The notes under the pieces are model-generated. The model saw only the letters and a program-made list of their open reading frames with translations, was not told the DNA's origin and searched no databases. A stretch of DNA of 64,000 bases. Source: Candidatus Sumerlaeia bacterium (GTDB lineage Bacteria > Sumerlaeota > Sumerlaeia > SLMS01 > JANRJK01). Of this stretch, positions 12,387-23,526 are shown piece by piece. The stretch is from the NCBI GenBank assembly GCA_033764015.1, contig JANRJK010000031.1, positions 80,987 to 144,986 of the forward strand, written 5' to 3'. The stretch's first letter is position 1. Each line of letters begins with the position of its first letter. The position numbers and the translations under genes were made by a program.

Positions 12387-15300
12387 TTACGGGGCGATTT
12401 CGATCTCCAGCGTGGGCCGGGCGTCGCCGCCCGCGTTGCCGCTGAAGAACCGGAGCAGGTCGCGCTCCGCGTCGCCGTTCGTCGGGGTCTCGAACCGGAT
12501 GCGGAACTGCGCCTGGCCGCTGCGGTAGATCGCCGCGATCGCCTCCGGCGACAGCTCCCAGCAGACCTGGTCGCCGTCCGCGGCGGGGAACTCCGGCTCC
12601 ACCGCCGTCGCGTCGGTGATCCACGCGTAGGAGGCGAAGTCCTCGAGTTCCAGCGCGTAGGAGTCGCCGAAGTTCACCGCCTGGTTCTGGCAGAGCGCCT
12701 CGACGTACAGCCGTCCCAGCGCCGAGGGATCGCCCACCACGCCCGCGCGCGTCATGCAGAGCCGCGCCGAGACGATGTTGCCGCCCGGGTAGATCGAACC
12801 GATCTGCGAGGTGTCGAAGGAAACCAGCAACTTCGTCTGCTGCCCGACCGCCGTGTCGCCGAGGTCCATCACCGCGTTCGAGTTGTCGCGCAGGTTGCCG
12901 ACGAACGAACCGCGGGCGGACTCGGTGACCGAACCGTCGAAGTTCGGGTTCGAGTAGAGCGGATCGAGTTCCAGCGGAGCGCCGGAGCCGGTGCCGTTCA
13001 GCCCGCAGCCCACATCCGTCGGCAGGATGTAGTTGAGCATCAGGTCGCTGCGCAGGAAGCGGTTCTGCGCGGTGTGGCCGCCGGCGCCGAACTGGATCGA
13101 GTCCTCGCCGTTGTCGCCGTCCGTCGGCAGCGTGGGCCGCAGGCGGAACTGGACGTTGCCGGAGACCGGGATGAAGATCCAGGAGGCCGGATCGAGCGGG
13201 ACCATGATGGCCTCGCCGGGCTGGGCCGCGGCGAGCGTGGCCGCGGGAATCACGCCGACCGGCGTGAAGTCCGCGGCGGCCTCGAAGTCCGAAGCCGACC
13301 AGGACTGGCTGGCGCCGAAGAAGGGCGAGGCGAGTTCGACCACGAGGTCGCCGAGCGCCTCGACATTGCCCGTCTTGCGCTCGACCACGAGGCGCAGGTT
13401 CGCGTCCGTGATGCCGGCGCAGCCGAGATCCGTCACGTAGCCGAAGATCGCGCGCGTCTCGCGGTTCAGCGGCGTGTCGCCCACCGTGCCGCGGCGTCCC
13501 GAGATGAAGAGGCTCGCGCCGACGCCCGGCGTGGCGCCGGCGGTGATGAACGAGTCCTGCGAGAAGCTCGAGTCGAAGTCCGCCCGGCCGCCGTCGTCGG
13601 AGCCGATCATCACGTCGAAGGAGCAGGTCGCCGTGTTGCCGTCCCCGTCCTCGAGCGTCGCCGTCACCGTCGTGCAGCCGAGGTTGAAGAACGTCGGGAG
13701 GAACGACACCGTGAGGTAGTCCGGGCAATTGTCCGTGCCGAACACCGAGGCGTCGTCGGCCCAGCCGGCCGAGATCGGGTCGAAGCCGCCTTCCGCGTTC
13801 GCCGTCAGCACGCCGCCTGGGGGCAGGAACGAGTACGGCGGGCACTCCGTGAACGTCGGCGCGATCGCGTCGTTCACCGTCACGTCCACGAAGTACGAGT
13901 TCGAGTTCAGGCAATCGTCCGTCACGATCACTTCGACGGTGTAGGTCTGGTTGAGGTCGGCGCAGTTGTAGCTGATAGTGCCGCCGAGGACTGCGGAAGG
14001 CTGGTTGCCGCACGAGTCCACAAGGTTCGCGACGAGGTCGTTGACCGACACCATTGCCGTTCCGGTCGCGTCGAGGAAGGCGTCGAACGTGGCGGGTACA
14101 TCCGCCGTCGGCGCCGTGGTGTCCTCGATGGTGATCGTCTGCGACACCTGCGTCGAGTTGCCGCCGTTGTCGATGATGGTCCAGGTGCGCTCGATCTGGC
14201 CGACGCAGCTATCGCCGGAGAAGGAGTCGTCGAACGTGTTCGACGCGATGCCGCAGGCGTCGAACTCGATGAAGGGTTCGCCGGTGTTCGAGGGGTCGGT
14301 GCTCTCGCCGCACTCGATGGTGACGGGGAGCGGGGCGAAGGCGATCGGGCCGATGTTGTCCACGACGGTGACCGTCGCTTCGCACGTCGCCGTGTTGCCG
14401 TTCTCGTCCGTGACGGTGAGGACCACGGGGACGTCGCCGACGTCGCCGCAGTTGAAGGTCGTCTGGGACGCGGAGCGGGAACCGAACAGGTCGAAGCCGC
14501 AGTTGTCGCTGCGCGAAGCCTCGAGCTGGGCCGGGAGGAGGATGCCGTTGCCGAAGAGGCCGAGGTTCACCGTCACGTTCTGGCAGGTGACCTGCGGCGC
14601 TTCCGCGTCCGTCACCGTCACGTCGAACGTGCAGGTGGCGGAGTTGGCGCTCTCGTCGTCGAAGAACGTGTAAGTGACTGTGGTGGTGCCGATGGGGAAG
14701 AAGTCGCCGGAGTTGTGCGACTGCACCGTGGTGATCGTGCCGCCGCAATTCGACGTCGCGGTGGGCTCGGTCCAAGTCACAATGGCGCCGCAGTCGCCGG
14801 GGTCGTTGTCCACGGCGATGTTGGACGAGCAATCGGCGACCGTGGGCGCATCGAGGCAGGAGGGCGCGGTGCGGAATATCTCGAACGCCATGTTGCCCTG
14901 GGTCGCCTGCGCCTGCGTGGGCAGGCCGCAGTTCGTGGCGGGCGACCGGTAGTGGCCGCCGGCGGTGTCCGACTCGACCCAGTTGACGAAGTTGGTGACA
15001 GTTGCGCTACAGGCGGAGCGGGCCTTGAGCCCGAACCAGTAGGTGCCCGGCCCGAGCGTGATGGGCGTTGCGAACTGGCCGTCGATGACGAACTCGGAAA
15101 CAAGGCCTCCGGCGCGCGTGCGCCCGGTGGCGGTCTCCGAAACGGAGACGAGGTTCGCCGGCCCGAGCAGCGGGTTCGCCGTGTCCGGCGCTCCTCCGAC
15201 ATCGGGGAAGATCGCGACCAGATACACACCGTCGAGCTGCCCGGCGTTCGGCGACTCGACCCAGAAGCGGACGCAGGTGAGTTCGCGCGACTGAGCCAGG

Positions 15301-15542
15301 GTGAACTGGTCCGCGATCGCGCGGTTCGAGACGGTCGTGTTGCCGCCGCCGAAGGTCACCTTCACCGGCGAGGAGAAGACGGGCTGCGCGGCGCACTGGG
15401 CGCCGACGGTAGCAGGGGCTAGAACGGCGGCGGCCGCAAGGATCGCAGCGACGCCTTGCGTGAGGTTGCGGAGGAGGCGGCGCGCCGAAGTCTCGGTGAC
15501 GCGACACTCCCCCGGGGCATTGCGCCCGGGGTTGCTGGGCAT
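12387..15542 (-). CDS. Large secreted/surface protein with HYR/Ig-like repeats and two DNRLRE-like C-terminal domains
   Basis: Signal peptide ending APATVGA; HYR-type repeats (SGDFFPIGTTTVTYT, DENGNTATC..TVTV.D); Cys pairs; two similar C-terminal beta modules. Start codon uncertain. Confidence 0.75.
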   Translation of the reverse strand: MPSNPGRNAPGECRVTETSARRLLRNLTQGVAAILAAAAVLAPATVGAQCAAQPVFSSPVKVTFGGGNTTVSNRAIADQFTLAQSRELTCVRFWVESPNAGQLDGVYLVAIFPDVGGAPDTANPLLGPANLVSVSETATGRTRAGGLVSEFVIDGQFATPITLGPGTYWFGLKARSACSATVTNFVNWVESDTAGGHYRSPATNCGLPTQAQATQGNMAFEIFRTAPSCLDAPTVADCSSNIAVDNDPGDCGAIVTWTEPTATSNCGGTITTVQSHNSGDFFPIGTTTVTYTFFDDESANSATCTFDVTVTDAEAPQVTCQNVTVNLGLFGNGILLPAQLEASRSDNCGFDLFGSRSASQTTFNCGDVGDVPVVLTVTDENGNTATCEATVTVVDNIGPIAFAPLPVTIECGESTDPSNTGEPFIEFDACGIASNTFDDSFSGDSCVGQIERTWTIIDNGGNSTQVSQTITIEDTTAPTADVPATFDAFLDATGTAMVSVNDLVANLVDSCGNQPSAVLGGTISYNCADLNQTYTVEVIVTDDCLNSNSYFVDVTVNDAIAPTFTECPPYSFLPPGGVLTANAEGGFDPISAGWADDASVFGTDNCPDYLTVSFLPTFFNLGCTTVTATLEDGDGNTATCSFDVMIGSDDGGRADFDSSFSQDSFITAGATPGVGASLFISGRRGTVGDTPLNRETRAIFGYVTDLGCAGITDANLRLVVERKTGNVEALGDLVVELASPFFGASQSWSASDFEAAADFTPVGVIPAATLAAAQPGEAIMVPLDPASWIFIPVSGNVQFRLRPTLPTDGDNGEDSIQFGAGGHTAQNRFLRSDLMLNYILPTDVGCGLNGTGSGAPLELDPLYSNPNFDGSVTESARGSFVGNLRDNSNAVMDLGDTAVGQQTKLLVSFDTSQIGSIYPGGNIVSARLCMTRAGVVGDPSALGRLYVEALCQNQAVNFGDSYALELEDFASYAWITDATAVEPEFPAADGDQVCWELSPEAIAAIYRSGQAQFRIRFETPTNGDAERDLLRFFSGNAGGDARPTLEIEIAP

Positions 15543-15821
15543 GGGGTAGCTGCTCCGGTGGGGGGGATGCTTGGTAACTCCCAATTCTTAGTGCGAGGGA
15601 AGCAGAGAGCGCAAGGCCATATCCGGACACGCCGCGGCGTGATTCGCGACGGGGCGATGGCGGTGCGCAACACGATCCGCGGCCTCGGGTGCCTTTCCCC
15701 CACGCCGCGACCGCTCCCGGGAACCCGGTGGAAGTCCACGGCGGGGGGGCGGCAGGAAACGGTTGAGAACGGGATCGGCTCCCCCCTATAAAGCGCGCAC
15801 GTTGCCCGGTAGCCCGTACTC

Positions 15822-16994
15822 ATGAACGATCCCGCCAAGAAGCTTCCCCCGCGCCCGACGCCCGGCAAGGCGCCGGCGCACCCGGCCTTGGCGTTCCTCG
15901 CCCGGGAGGCAACGGGCGCCGCCGCGCAGTCGTCGTCCGCTTCCCGCAGCGACTGGCGGCGCGAGGCGACCCCCGGCGCCGCCGACACCGGCGTGCCGCT
16001 GCTCGGCAGCGAGACCGCCGCGCCGAGGCTCGACAGCGGCTTCGACGGCGAACTCCCCTCCGTCGTCAGCAGCTTCCTCTCGCGGCGCGAGAAGCGCCAC
16101 GCCTGCAGCTTCCCCGGGCTCATCAAGATCCTGGTGCCGGAGCGCAGCCTCACGCCGATCTCGCTGCCGGTGCGCCTGGTGAACTTCAGCGGCGGCGGCG
16201 CGCTCATCGAGGTCCACTCGCGCCAGGCGACCATCGAGGACGATCCGATCCTGTCGACGCGCTACTTCGAATTGAAGATGGCGCATTCCGAGGTGCCGAT
16301 CCTGCGCGGCGTCGTCGCCTGGACCGACCAGTCCGCCAAGGCCACGCGCCTCGGGCTCAAGTTCCACCAGCCGCATCCGGAGCTGGAGCGCATCCTCTCG
16401 CCGGAGGGCTCGCGCGGCGGGCAGACCGTGATGGCGGGCGCGCCGCCGCTCCCGATGCCGGTCCTCGATCCCTTCGCGCCGACCACGCTCGATCCGATCA
16501 TCCTGCTGCACGGCGAGGCGCAGGAGGGGCTCGAGATCGTGCTGCGCGACCACAACGGCACGGAGCACACCGCCCCGGTCCGCAACGGACGGTTCACCAT
16601 CGAGATGACGCTGGCGGAGGCGGGGGAGAACTGCTTCATGATGTTCTCCCGCGCGGGCGAACGCAAATCGCGCCGCCTCCCCGTCGAGATCGCCTACCTC
16701 TCCTCGACGGACCTCTCGTCGGGGCGCTTCGACGCGCACATCGAGCCGCACCCGCAGGGGGGCGAGACGCTCAAGATCGACTTCTTCGGCACCAGCTCGC
16801 AGGGCGAGTCGCTGCTGGTGCAGCTCGCGGAGCTGCTCGCGCGCTGCGACTCCATGGCGCTCACGTGCCGCGTGGCCGCCCGCGAGGGGATCGACCGCCC
16901 CGCCTTCGAGCAGTTCAAGCGCCAGGCGCAGCGCCTGCCGGTCGCGGAGGAGCTGAACCGCGACGTGATGCGGCTCCTCGAGGATGTCGAGTAG
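15822..16994 (+). CDS. PilZ-domain protein (putative c-di-GMP receptor) with Ig-like and C-terminal domains
   Basis: RREKR (RxxxR) and NFSGGG ([D/N]xSxxG) motifs, plus GVVAW...LGLKF PilZ strands. Confidence 0.7.
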   Translation: MNDPAKKLPPRPTPGKAPAHPALAFLAREATGAAAQSSSASRSDWRREATPGAADTGVPLLGSETAAPRLDSGFDGELPSVVSSFLSRREKRHACSFPGLIKILVPERSLTPISLPVRLVNFSGGGALIEVHSRQATIEDDPILSTRYFELKMAHSEVPILRGVVAWTDQSAKATRLGLKFHQPHPELERILSPEGSRGGQTVMAGAPPLPMPVLDPFAPTTLDPIILLHGEAQEGLEIVLRDHNGTEHTAPVRNGRFTIEMTLAEAGENCFMMFSRAGERKSRRLPVEIAYLSSTDLSSGRFDAHIEPHPQGGETLKIDFFGTSSQGESLLVQLAELLARCDSMALTCRVAAREGIDRPAFEQFKRQAQRLPVAEELNRDVMRLLEDVE

Positions 16995-17081
16995 CCGGGC
17001 GGGCGAATCATCTTGCGGTTGTGAGGCGCCGGGGCGAGGACGGGCGGCAGTCCATCCTTCCCCGCAAGGTCCCCGTCCTCG

Positions 17082-18500
17082 ATGGTCCGTCTCCTCGCCG
17101 CCTGCCTTCTACTCCTGCTGGTCCCCGTCGCCTCCGCCGCGGGGGCGCTCGACGCCGAAGTGCGGCGCATCAGCGAAAAGGGGGGCGCCGGCCGCGCGCT
17201 CTGGGGCGTCTACGCGGTCGACCTGAAGACCGGCAAGGAACTGGCCGCGCTCAACGACGACAAGCTCTTCATCCCCGCCAGCAACCGCAAGGTGGTGACC
17301 GCCGCGCTGGTGGCCCGCGCCTTCAAGGGCGACGAGCGCATCCAGACCGCGGCCACGGCGGCGGAGGTCTCCGGCGCCGCCGCGAGCGGCGTCGTGGTGC
17401 ACGCCTCCGGCGACCCGAGCTGGACGCCGGCGCTCACCGGCGGGCGGCCCGGCCGCCACATGCTCGACCGCCTTTCGCGCAGCATCGCCGAGGGCGGCGT
17501 CCGCCGCATCGACGGCGAGGTGCTGATCGACACCAGCGTCTACGAGGAAGCGTCGCCGATCCCGCCGGCCTGGCGCTGGGACGACTTCGCCAGCAGCTAC
17601 GCCTCGCGCCCCTCCGCGATCTCGCTGGACCGCAACCTCGCCGGTCTCCGCATCGAGCCGGCGCGCGCCGGCGAGCCCGCCCGCGCCGACGCCGGCGGCG
17701 GCGAGGCGCCCTTCCAGATCGTCAACACCTCCACCACCGGCCGGGCCGGCTCCGCGCCCACGCTCCAGGTGGTGGCCTCCCCGAGCGGCGACAGCGTCCA
17801 CCTTTCCGGCAGCCTCCCCGCCGACGCGGAACCCGCCACTCGCTCGATCCCCATGGGCGATCCCATGGCCGTGGTGCGCGGAGAGCTGCGCGCCGCCCTC
17901 CAGCGCGCCGGCATCGAGTTCTCCGGCCCCGTCCGCGTCGCCGACGCCCGCCAGCCCCGCGGCAAGGTCATCGGCGCCATCGAAGGCTCGCCCATGGCCG
18001 ACATCGTCCGCGAATGCCTGCAGGACTCCGACAACTTCCTCGCCGAATCGCTCTACCTGCTCGCCTCCGCGCGCATGTTCCAGCGCGCCTCCTACCGCGC
18101 CTCGCACGAGGCGGAGGCCCGCTACTGGAAGCGCGTCGGCGTGCCCGAGGACCACTTCCTGGCCTCCGACGGCAGCGGCCTCTCGCGCGAGAACCTCGTC
18201 ACGCCGCGGGCGCTGGTGGCGCTGCTCCGCGACATGCGCGAAACCGACTGGTTCGTCGACGCGCTCCCCGTCTCGGGGCGCAGCGGCACACTCCGCTACC
18301 GCCTCTCGGAGAACGGCCTCGCGGGGCGCGTGCGCGCGAAGACCGGCACGCTCGACACGGCGGGCGCGCTCACCGGCTACATCCGCACCGCCTCGGGCCG
18401 CGAGATCGCCTTCGCGGTCCTCGCGAACCACCACACCTGCTCGTCGAACACCATCCGCGCGCGCATCGACGAAATCGTCGAGTTGCTGGCGCGGCAGTAG
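17082..18500 (+). CDS. dacB: D-alanyl-D-alanine carboxypeptidase/endopeptidase (peptidase S13), second paralog
   Basis: Signal peptide; PASNRK (SxxK), SDNFLAE (SxN), DGSGLSR, AKTGTL. Confidence 0.92.
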   Translation: MVRLLAACLLLLLVPVASAAGALDAEVRRISEKGGAGRALWGVYAVDLKTGKELAALNDDKLFIPASNRKVVTAALVARAFKGDERIQTAATAAEVSGAAASGVVVHASGDPSWTPALTGGRPGRHMLDRLSRSIAEGGVRRIDGEVLIDTSVYEEASPIPPAWRWDDFASSYASRPSAISLDRNLAGLRIEPARAGEPARADAGGGEAPFQIVNTSTTGRAGSAPTLQVVASPSGDSVHLSGSLPADAEPATRSIPMGDPMAVVRGELRAALQRAGIEFSGPVRVADARQPRGKVIGAIEGSPMADIVRECLQDSDNFLAESLYLLASARMFQRASYRASHEAEARYWKRVGVPEDHFLASDGSGLSRENLVTPRALVALLRDMRETDWFVDALPVSGRSGTLRYRLSENGLAGRVRAKTGTLDTAGALTGYIRTASGREIAFAVLANHHTCSSNTIRARIDEIVELLARQ

Positions 18501-18767
18501 GCCAGCGGCAGGAATCGACCCCAACTGTTGCAGTGTTCGTCGCTTCAACAAGAGCTGCTCTTATCAACGCAAGTAGCCTTTTTCGTTAATAAGCGATCCG
18601 ATGGGGGTGGCTCCCTCCGGGGCGCCGTCGACTCCCGGCAGGCACCCCGAAGCGCTTAACCGCCCCGCCGGGTGCCGGTTTTCCCTGTCCCCCGGGGGGG
18701 CCGGGGTCTACGAAGCGGGTGGCCGCCGGGCCGGACCCGCTCCGCCCGCGGCGCGCCACCCGAGCCC

Positions 18768-20624
18768 ATGTCCCGATCCTCCTCCGCTTCCTTCCACCTG
18801 CCGAACGGCCTGCGCCCTCCGAGGGCGCTGTGGCCCTTCTGGCTGCAGCTGTTCACGTCCTTCGCGATCATCCTGGCGCTGATCGGCGGGACGATCGCGC
18901 TGCTTTGGCCGGCGGTCCAGTGGCGCATCTTCATCCTGCCGCGCGCGTTCCAGGCGATGTCCGCCGCGGAGTCCGCCGCGCAGTTCTATCCCGTCGCGCC
19001 GCTCTACGAGATCGACCCCTCGGACGCCGCCCGGCGCCGGGCTCCCTACCTGCCGATGCTGCAGCGGATCGTTTCGGCGCAAGGCGTCGAGGACGTCCGC
19101 ACGCGGCGGCGCGAGGTGGCCGAGGCGATGCGCGCCCGGGCCGAGGCCGCCGCCAGCGAGGATCTCTTCGACCCCGCCCGCGCGCTGCGCACCGACGCCT
19201 CCTCGAACAGCGACTTCCAGGATTTCATCCTCGAGTTCCACATCGCCGTGCCCGGGCCGGACGGCTGGATCTACTGGCTCAGCACGAACCCGGCGCTGAT
19301 CGACCAGCCGGTCCCCTACGCGCGCTACCTCGAAGCCTACGCGGAGGGGCCGCAGGGCTGGGACAACTTCATCGATGCGAGCGGCCTGTTCCGCATCTAC
19401 TTCGAGGACGACGACGCGCGGATCGCCGAGCTGGCGGCGGAGCGCGGGGCGCTGAACCCCCCGCCGCGGGACGGCTTCAACGCGCTCCGCGATTCGCTGG
19501 TCAGCGCGCGCTCGCTCTCCCGGCGCATCGATCCGCTGGCGGCGGCGGCGCTCCTGCAGGGGACCGGCGTGGACCTCACGAAGGCGGTGCTCATCTCCGA
19601 GTACCCCCGCGAGCGCACCATGGGCGCCACGTACATCCTGCGCGTGATCTTCGTGGGCATCCTCGCGCTGGCGGTGCTGGTGGCGCTGGCGGCGGCGATC
19701 GTGCTGACCTGGCACATCAACCAGCCGATCGGGCGCCTGGCGCGGGCGATGTCCGCCATCAGCGCCGGCGACCACAAGGTGCGCGTCGGCGCCCCCTACG
19801 CGCGCAACGAACTGGGGCGCCTCGCGTGGCACTTCGACGCCATGATGGACCAGTACGAGTCGAGCCGCGAGCTGAGCGAGGGCGTCGCCATCGCCGCGCG
19901 AATCCAGCGCGGCCTGATCCCCGACCCGCCGGAGCGCCTCGGCAACCTCGAGATCGCAGCCTGGTACGAGCCCTCGTCGCAGGTCGGCGGCGACTTCTAC
20001 GACTTCGTCGTGAAGGAGCGCCGCCTCTACATCATCGTGGCGGACGCGGTCGGCCACGGCATCGATTCGGGCCTCGTGATGGCCTCCGCCCGCGCCATGG
20101 TGAGGACGCTGCTCGAAACGGTCTCGTCGCCGGGCGAGCTGCTCACGAGGCTCAACAAGCTCCTGGCCCGCGACTTCCGCGACGGCAACTTCATGACCAC
20201 GGTGGTGGCGCAGATCGACCTCGAGCGCATGGAGCTGACGATCAGCTCCGCCGGCCACGAGCCCGTCCTGATGACCGCCAGCTCGCTCGCCACCTGCCGG
20301 CTGCTCAAGGCCGCGCACCCGCCGCTCGGCGTCTTCCCCGAACTCGTCTACGTGGACCAGCCGCCGGTCCCGCTGCGCCCCGGCGATGTCGTCGTGTTCT
20401 CCTCCGACGGCATCCGCGAGTGCCACAACGCCGCCGACGAGCTGTTCGGCATGAAGCGCTTCTCCGAGACCGTCTGCGGCGCGACCGGCTCCGCCGCGAA
20501 AGTGGTCGAGGCCTTGCAGGAGTCGCTGAAGCGCCACGCGGGCGACCGCCCCGTCGAGGACGACATCTCCCTCGTGGCGGTCCGCGCGACCGACGGCACG
20601 GCGGAAGCCTGCCAGAAGAGTTGA
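18768..20624 (+). CDS. Membrane sensor with HAMP and SpoIIE/PP2C Ser phosphatase domains
   Basis: Two TM segments, HAMP (NELGRLA..FDAM), VGGDFYD, ADAVGHG, SAGHEP, SDGI.E, DDISL. Confidence 0.9.
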   Translation: MSRSSSASFHLPNGLRPPRALWPFWLQLFTSFAIILALIGGTIALLWPAVQWRIFILPRAFQAMSAAESAAQFYPVAPLYEIDPSDAARRRAPYLPMLQRIVSAQGVEDVRTRRREVAEAMRARAEAAASEDLFDPARALRTDASSNSDFQDFILEFHIAVPGPDGWIYWLSTNPALIDQPVPYARYLEAYAEGPQGWDNFIDASGLFRIYFEDDDARIAELAAERGALNPPPRDGFNALRDSLVSARSLSRRIDPLAAAALLQGTGVDLTKAVLISEYPRERTMGATYILRVIFVGILALAVLVALAAAIVLTWHINQPIGRLARAMSAISAGDHKVRVGAPYARNELGRLAWHFDAMMDQYESSRELSEGVAIAARIQRGLIPDPPERLGNLEIAAWYEPSSQVGGDFYDFVVKERRLYIIVADAVGHGIDSGLVMASARAMVRTLLETVSSPGELLTRLNKLLARDFRDGNFMTTVVAQIDLERMELTISSAGHEPVLMTASSLATCRLLKAAHPPLGVFPELVYVDQPPVPLRPGDVVVFSSDGIRECHNAADELFGMKRFSETVCGATGSAAKVVEALQESLKRHAGDRPVEDDISLVAVRATDGTAEACQKS

Positions 20625-20674
20625 CCGAAAGGCCCGGCGCCGCGGCGCCGGAGTACGAACCCCTAGGAGACACC

Positions 20675-22267
<1,593 letters not shown>

Positions 22268-22374
22268 CAGGCCGCTCCGCGGGCGGGGGAGGCTCCGCCC
22301 GCGGCCACCGTCACAATGCGGCATCGGTGCAGCGGCCGATCCGGCGAACCACCCGCCGCGAAACGCTTCGGATA

Positions 22375-23445
22375 CTACCCCTGCGTGCCGCTGCCCCCGC
22401 GCACCTGGTCCAGCCGCCGTTTCAGCTTCTGCGCCAGGACGAAGTCCTCCGCGTCCGCGGCTTCGCGGATGAGGCGGGCGAGTTGCGCCGGGTCGTCGAT
22501 CGACTCGGGGTCGGGTGCGATGGCGATCACCTTCGCGGGGCCCTTGCGCGGTGCGGGCGCGCCGGCGGCGCGGGCTGCCGGCCGCGGCGCCTTGGGCCGC
22601 GGCGTTCCGCCGGGCAGGACGCGCCCCAGCGTGGCGAGGAAGCGCGCGCGCGCCAGCGCCATCGCCTCGCCGTCGAGGTGCACCGAGCGGTCGCCCCAGG
22701 TGTCCTCCGAAGAGTACACGCGGTCGAACTCGAGCATCCGCAGCGTGTGCCAGCAGCTTTGGATGCCGAGCAGGAAGATCAACCACAGCACCGGCCCGCC
22801 GGAGCCGATCACCGGCAGGTTGATGCGCAGGAACCCGGCGAAGAGCAGCAGGATGCTGAGGCCGATGCCGGCGTTGGCCAGCATGTAGGTGACGCGCTGC
22901 GATGGGTACTTGAGCGAGAGCGACGCGCGGAGGATCTTCGCGCCGTCCAGCGGGAAGATCGGCAGCAGCATGTTGAAGAGCAGCAGGCCGGTGTTGATCC
23001 ACGCGAGCGCCTGCACGGGGACCGAGACGAACCACGGGACGCCCCCCTCGATGGAGCGGACGCCGAGGTGCAACAGCCAGCCGATGCCCGCGAGCGCCGC
23101 GCTGACGGCGGGCCCGAGGCCCACGACGATCAGTTCCGTCCGCGGCGACGGCGGCGCGTCCTCGCCCACCGCGACGCCGCCGATCGGCGTGAGGTGGATC
23201 TCCGACACCGAGATGCCGACCAGGTACATGCCGTAGGCGTGGCCGAGCTCGTGCAGCAGGATCGAGCCGTAGAGGATCGCGAGGCCCATCGCGACCATGG
23301 CGGCGGATACGGGGCCGCCCGCGAGCAGCGCCTGGACCACGTAGAACACCGCGAGGAACGCCAGCAGCCAGTTGAGCCGCAGCGGAATGCCCCCCACGCG
23401 CCCCGCGGGAAGCGAGAAGGTGAGCAGTTTGTACCAGAACTCCAT
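22375..23445 (-). CDS. Site-2 protease (peptidase M50) with C-terminal UVR-like coiled-coil motif
   Basis: HELGH, GP motif, FNMLLPIFPLDG; tail LIREAADAEDFVLAQKLKRRL resembles a UvrB/UvrC motif. Confidence 0.88.
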   Translation of the reverse strand: MEFWYKLLTFSLPAGRVGGIPLRLNWLLAFLAVFYVVQALLAGGPVSAAMVAMGLAILYGSILLHELGHAYGMYLVGISVSEIHLTPIGGVAVGEDAPPSPRTELIVVGLGPAVSAALAGIGWLLHLGVRSIEGGVPWFVSVPVQALAWINTGLLLFNMLLPIFPLDGAKILRASLSLKYPSQRVTYMLANAGIGLSILLLFAGFLRINLPVIGSGGPVLWLIFLLGIQSCWHTLRMLEFDRVYSSEDTWGDRSVHLDGEAMALARARFLATLGRVLPGGTPRPKAPRPAARAAGAPAPRKGPAKVIAIAPDPESIDDPAQLARLIREAADAEDFVLAQKLKRRLDQVRGGSGTQG

Positions 23446-23526
23446 CGCCGATCGGCTCCCCCTGCGCGAGTGGACCAGCTTGGTGCCAACCCCGCGGGCG
23501 GTCAATGCGGGAGGCCCCGCGGTCCG

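Noticed and set aside
18500..18530. tRNA T-loop-like GGGTCGATTCC on the minus strand
   Set aside because: Not the GTTCRA consensus, and no cloverleaf or acceptor stem could be formed.
22277..22304. Hairpin between convergent serA and the site-2 protease gene as an intrinsic terminator
   Set aside because: A 10-bp stem is present, but there is no U-tract on either strand.
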